A stretch of 64,000 nt of DNA from Chiloscyllium plagiosum (lineage: Eukaryota). The stretch lies in contig NC_057758.1 in the NCBI RefSeq assembly GCF_004010195.1, forward strand, positions 6,757,981 to 6,821,980, read 5' to 3'. The position numbers and the translations under genes were made by a program. Shown here one piece after another: positions 63,250-64,000 of this stretch. The notes beneath the pieces were generated by a model that saw only the letters and a program-made list of their open reading frames with translations, searched no databases and had not been told where the DNA came from. Every line of letters starts with the position of its first letter. Position 1 is the first letter of the stretch.

Positions 63250-63940
63250 TCTCAGCTAGGTGTTAGTGGTTGGCTACAGTATTGCTGGTGATGATGGCCC
63301 ACGGTTCCCTCATGGATGTTCAATTTTAGTTACTGGATTCTTGATAGGTATGACCCACTTTGCCAGTAGTAGTGCCACATAACTCTGAGAAGGCATCTTC
63401 ATAATGTGTGGGAATTCACTTCTGTCATGCCTGTGCGCTGGACTCTCCCAGAAATACCATTGCGGAGAGATCCATCTGTGACAGGTAAGTTTGTTCAGAA
63501 TCAGTTCGTTTAAGTTGCTTCCATTTGATGACCCACTAATCACTTTCTGTAGTCTAGCTGCTCTGCCTTTTATCTCTCAGCCTGTTGAGTCAGATTTTGT
63601 TTTCTATGGAGATTCTTTATGTGATGAGCATTGAAGTGTCACACCCGGAGCATGCTGTGTGCCCCTTCGATCTCAGTGTATTCCTCAATTTATTTTCATC
63701 ATTGAAGAGGACTGATGTATCACTGATCTCAACCATTCCTTCAGTGTCGCCGAGTCAAAATCCTGGAATCCCCTCCTTAATTATTTATTGTGGGTCTGCC
63801 TACAAAACACAGTCTGCAGAGGTTCAAGGAACAGCTCACCCATACCTCCACCCCACGTTCTCAAGAGGGGGAACGAGAGACGGGAGACAAATACCAGGCA
63901 GGCAAGTACCACCCAAGTCCCATGAATTAATAGAAATGAG
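63250..63940 (+). mobile_element. Decayed LINE-like 3' fragment of a second family (related ends at ~43850-44155 and inverted at ~37870-38620)
   Basis: Shared motifs such as TTCAAG..CAGCTCACC and the CCCATGAAT..AT terminus; clade not determined. Confidence 0.45.
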
Positions 63941-64000
63941 ATTTGATGAAGATGTTCGAGCTGTGGCTTCAGAGAAATGTCATTTCTCTCCTCACCCACA

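Overview
Repeat-dense vertebrate nuclear DNA with no intact protein-coding gene. It is almost certainly elasmobranch: it carries HE1-type tRNA-derived SINEs with (TAATC)n tails, HER1/CR1 LINEs, a shark-style MxKPWKCGxCGKGF zinc-finger gene and GPR139-like receptors. Four N-gaps are present, three of exactly 500 N, so adjacency across them is not guaranteed. Contents: (1) many nested CR1 LINE fragments of different ages and about 9 HE1 SINEs; (2) several Penelope-like element (PLE) families, some with GIY-YIG remnants, whose pseudo-LTRs carry minimal hammerhead ribozyme (HHR) motifs, including three short fold-back insertions with target-site duplications (TSDs); (3) a decayed Gmr1-type Gypsy element (integrase before RT) with a 1.2-kb tandem duplication; (4) the 3' half of a class I endogenous retrovirus (RNase H, IN, env, PPT, LTR) with a templated insertion in env; (5) a C2H2 zinc-finger pseudogene; (6) a ~9.5-kb tandem duplication whose two GPR139-like copies lost complementary parts; (7) two degenerate ~46-50-bp tandem arrays. 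I found no convincing novel multi-gene system. The best leads are the HHR fold-back elements, the ERV rearrangement and the receptor duplication. All family names come from by-eye motif recognition, not database searches.
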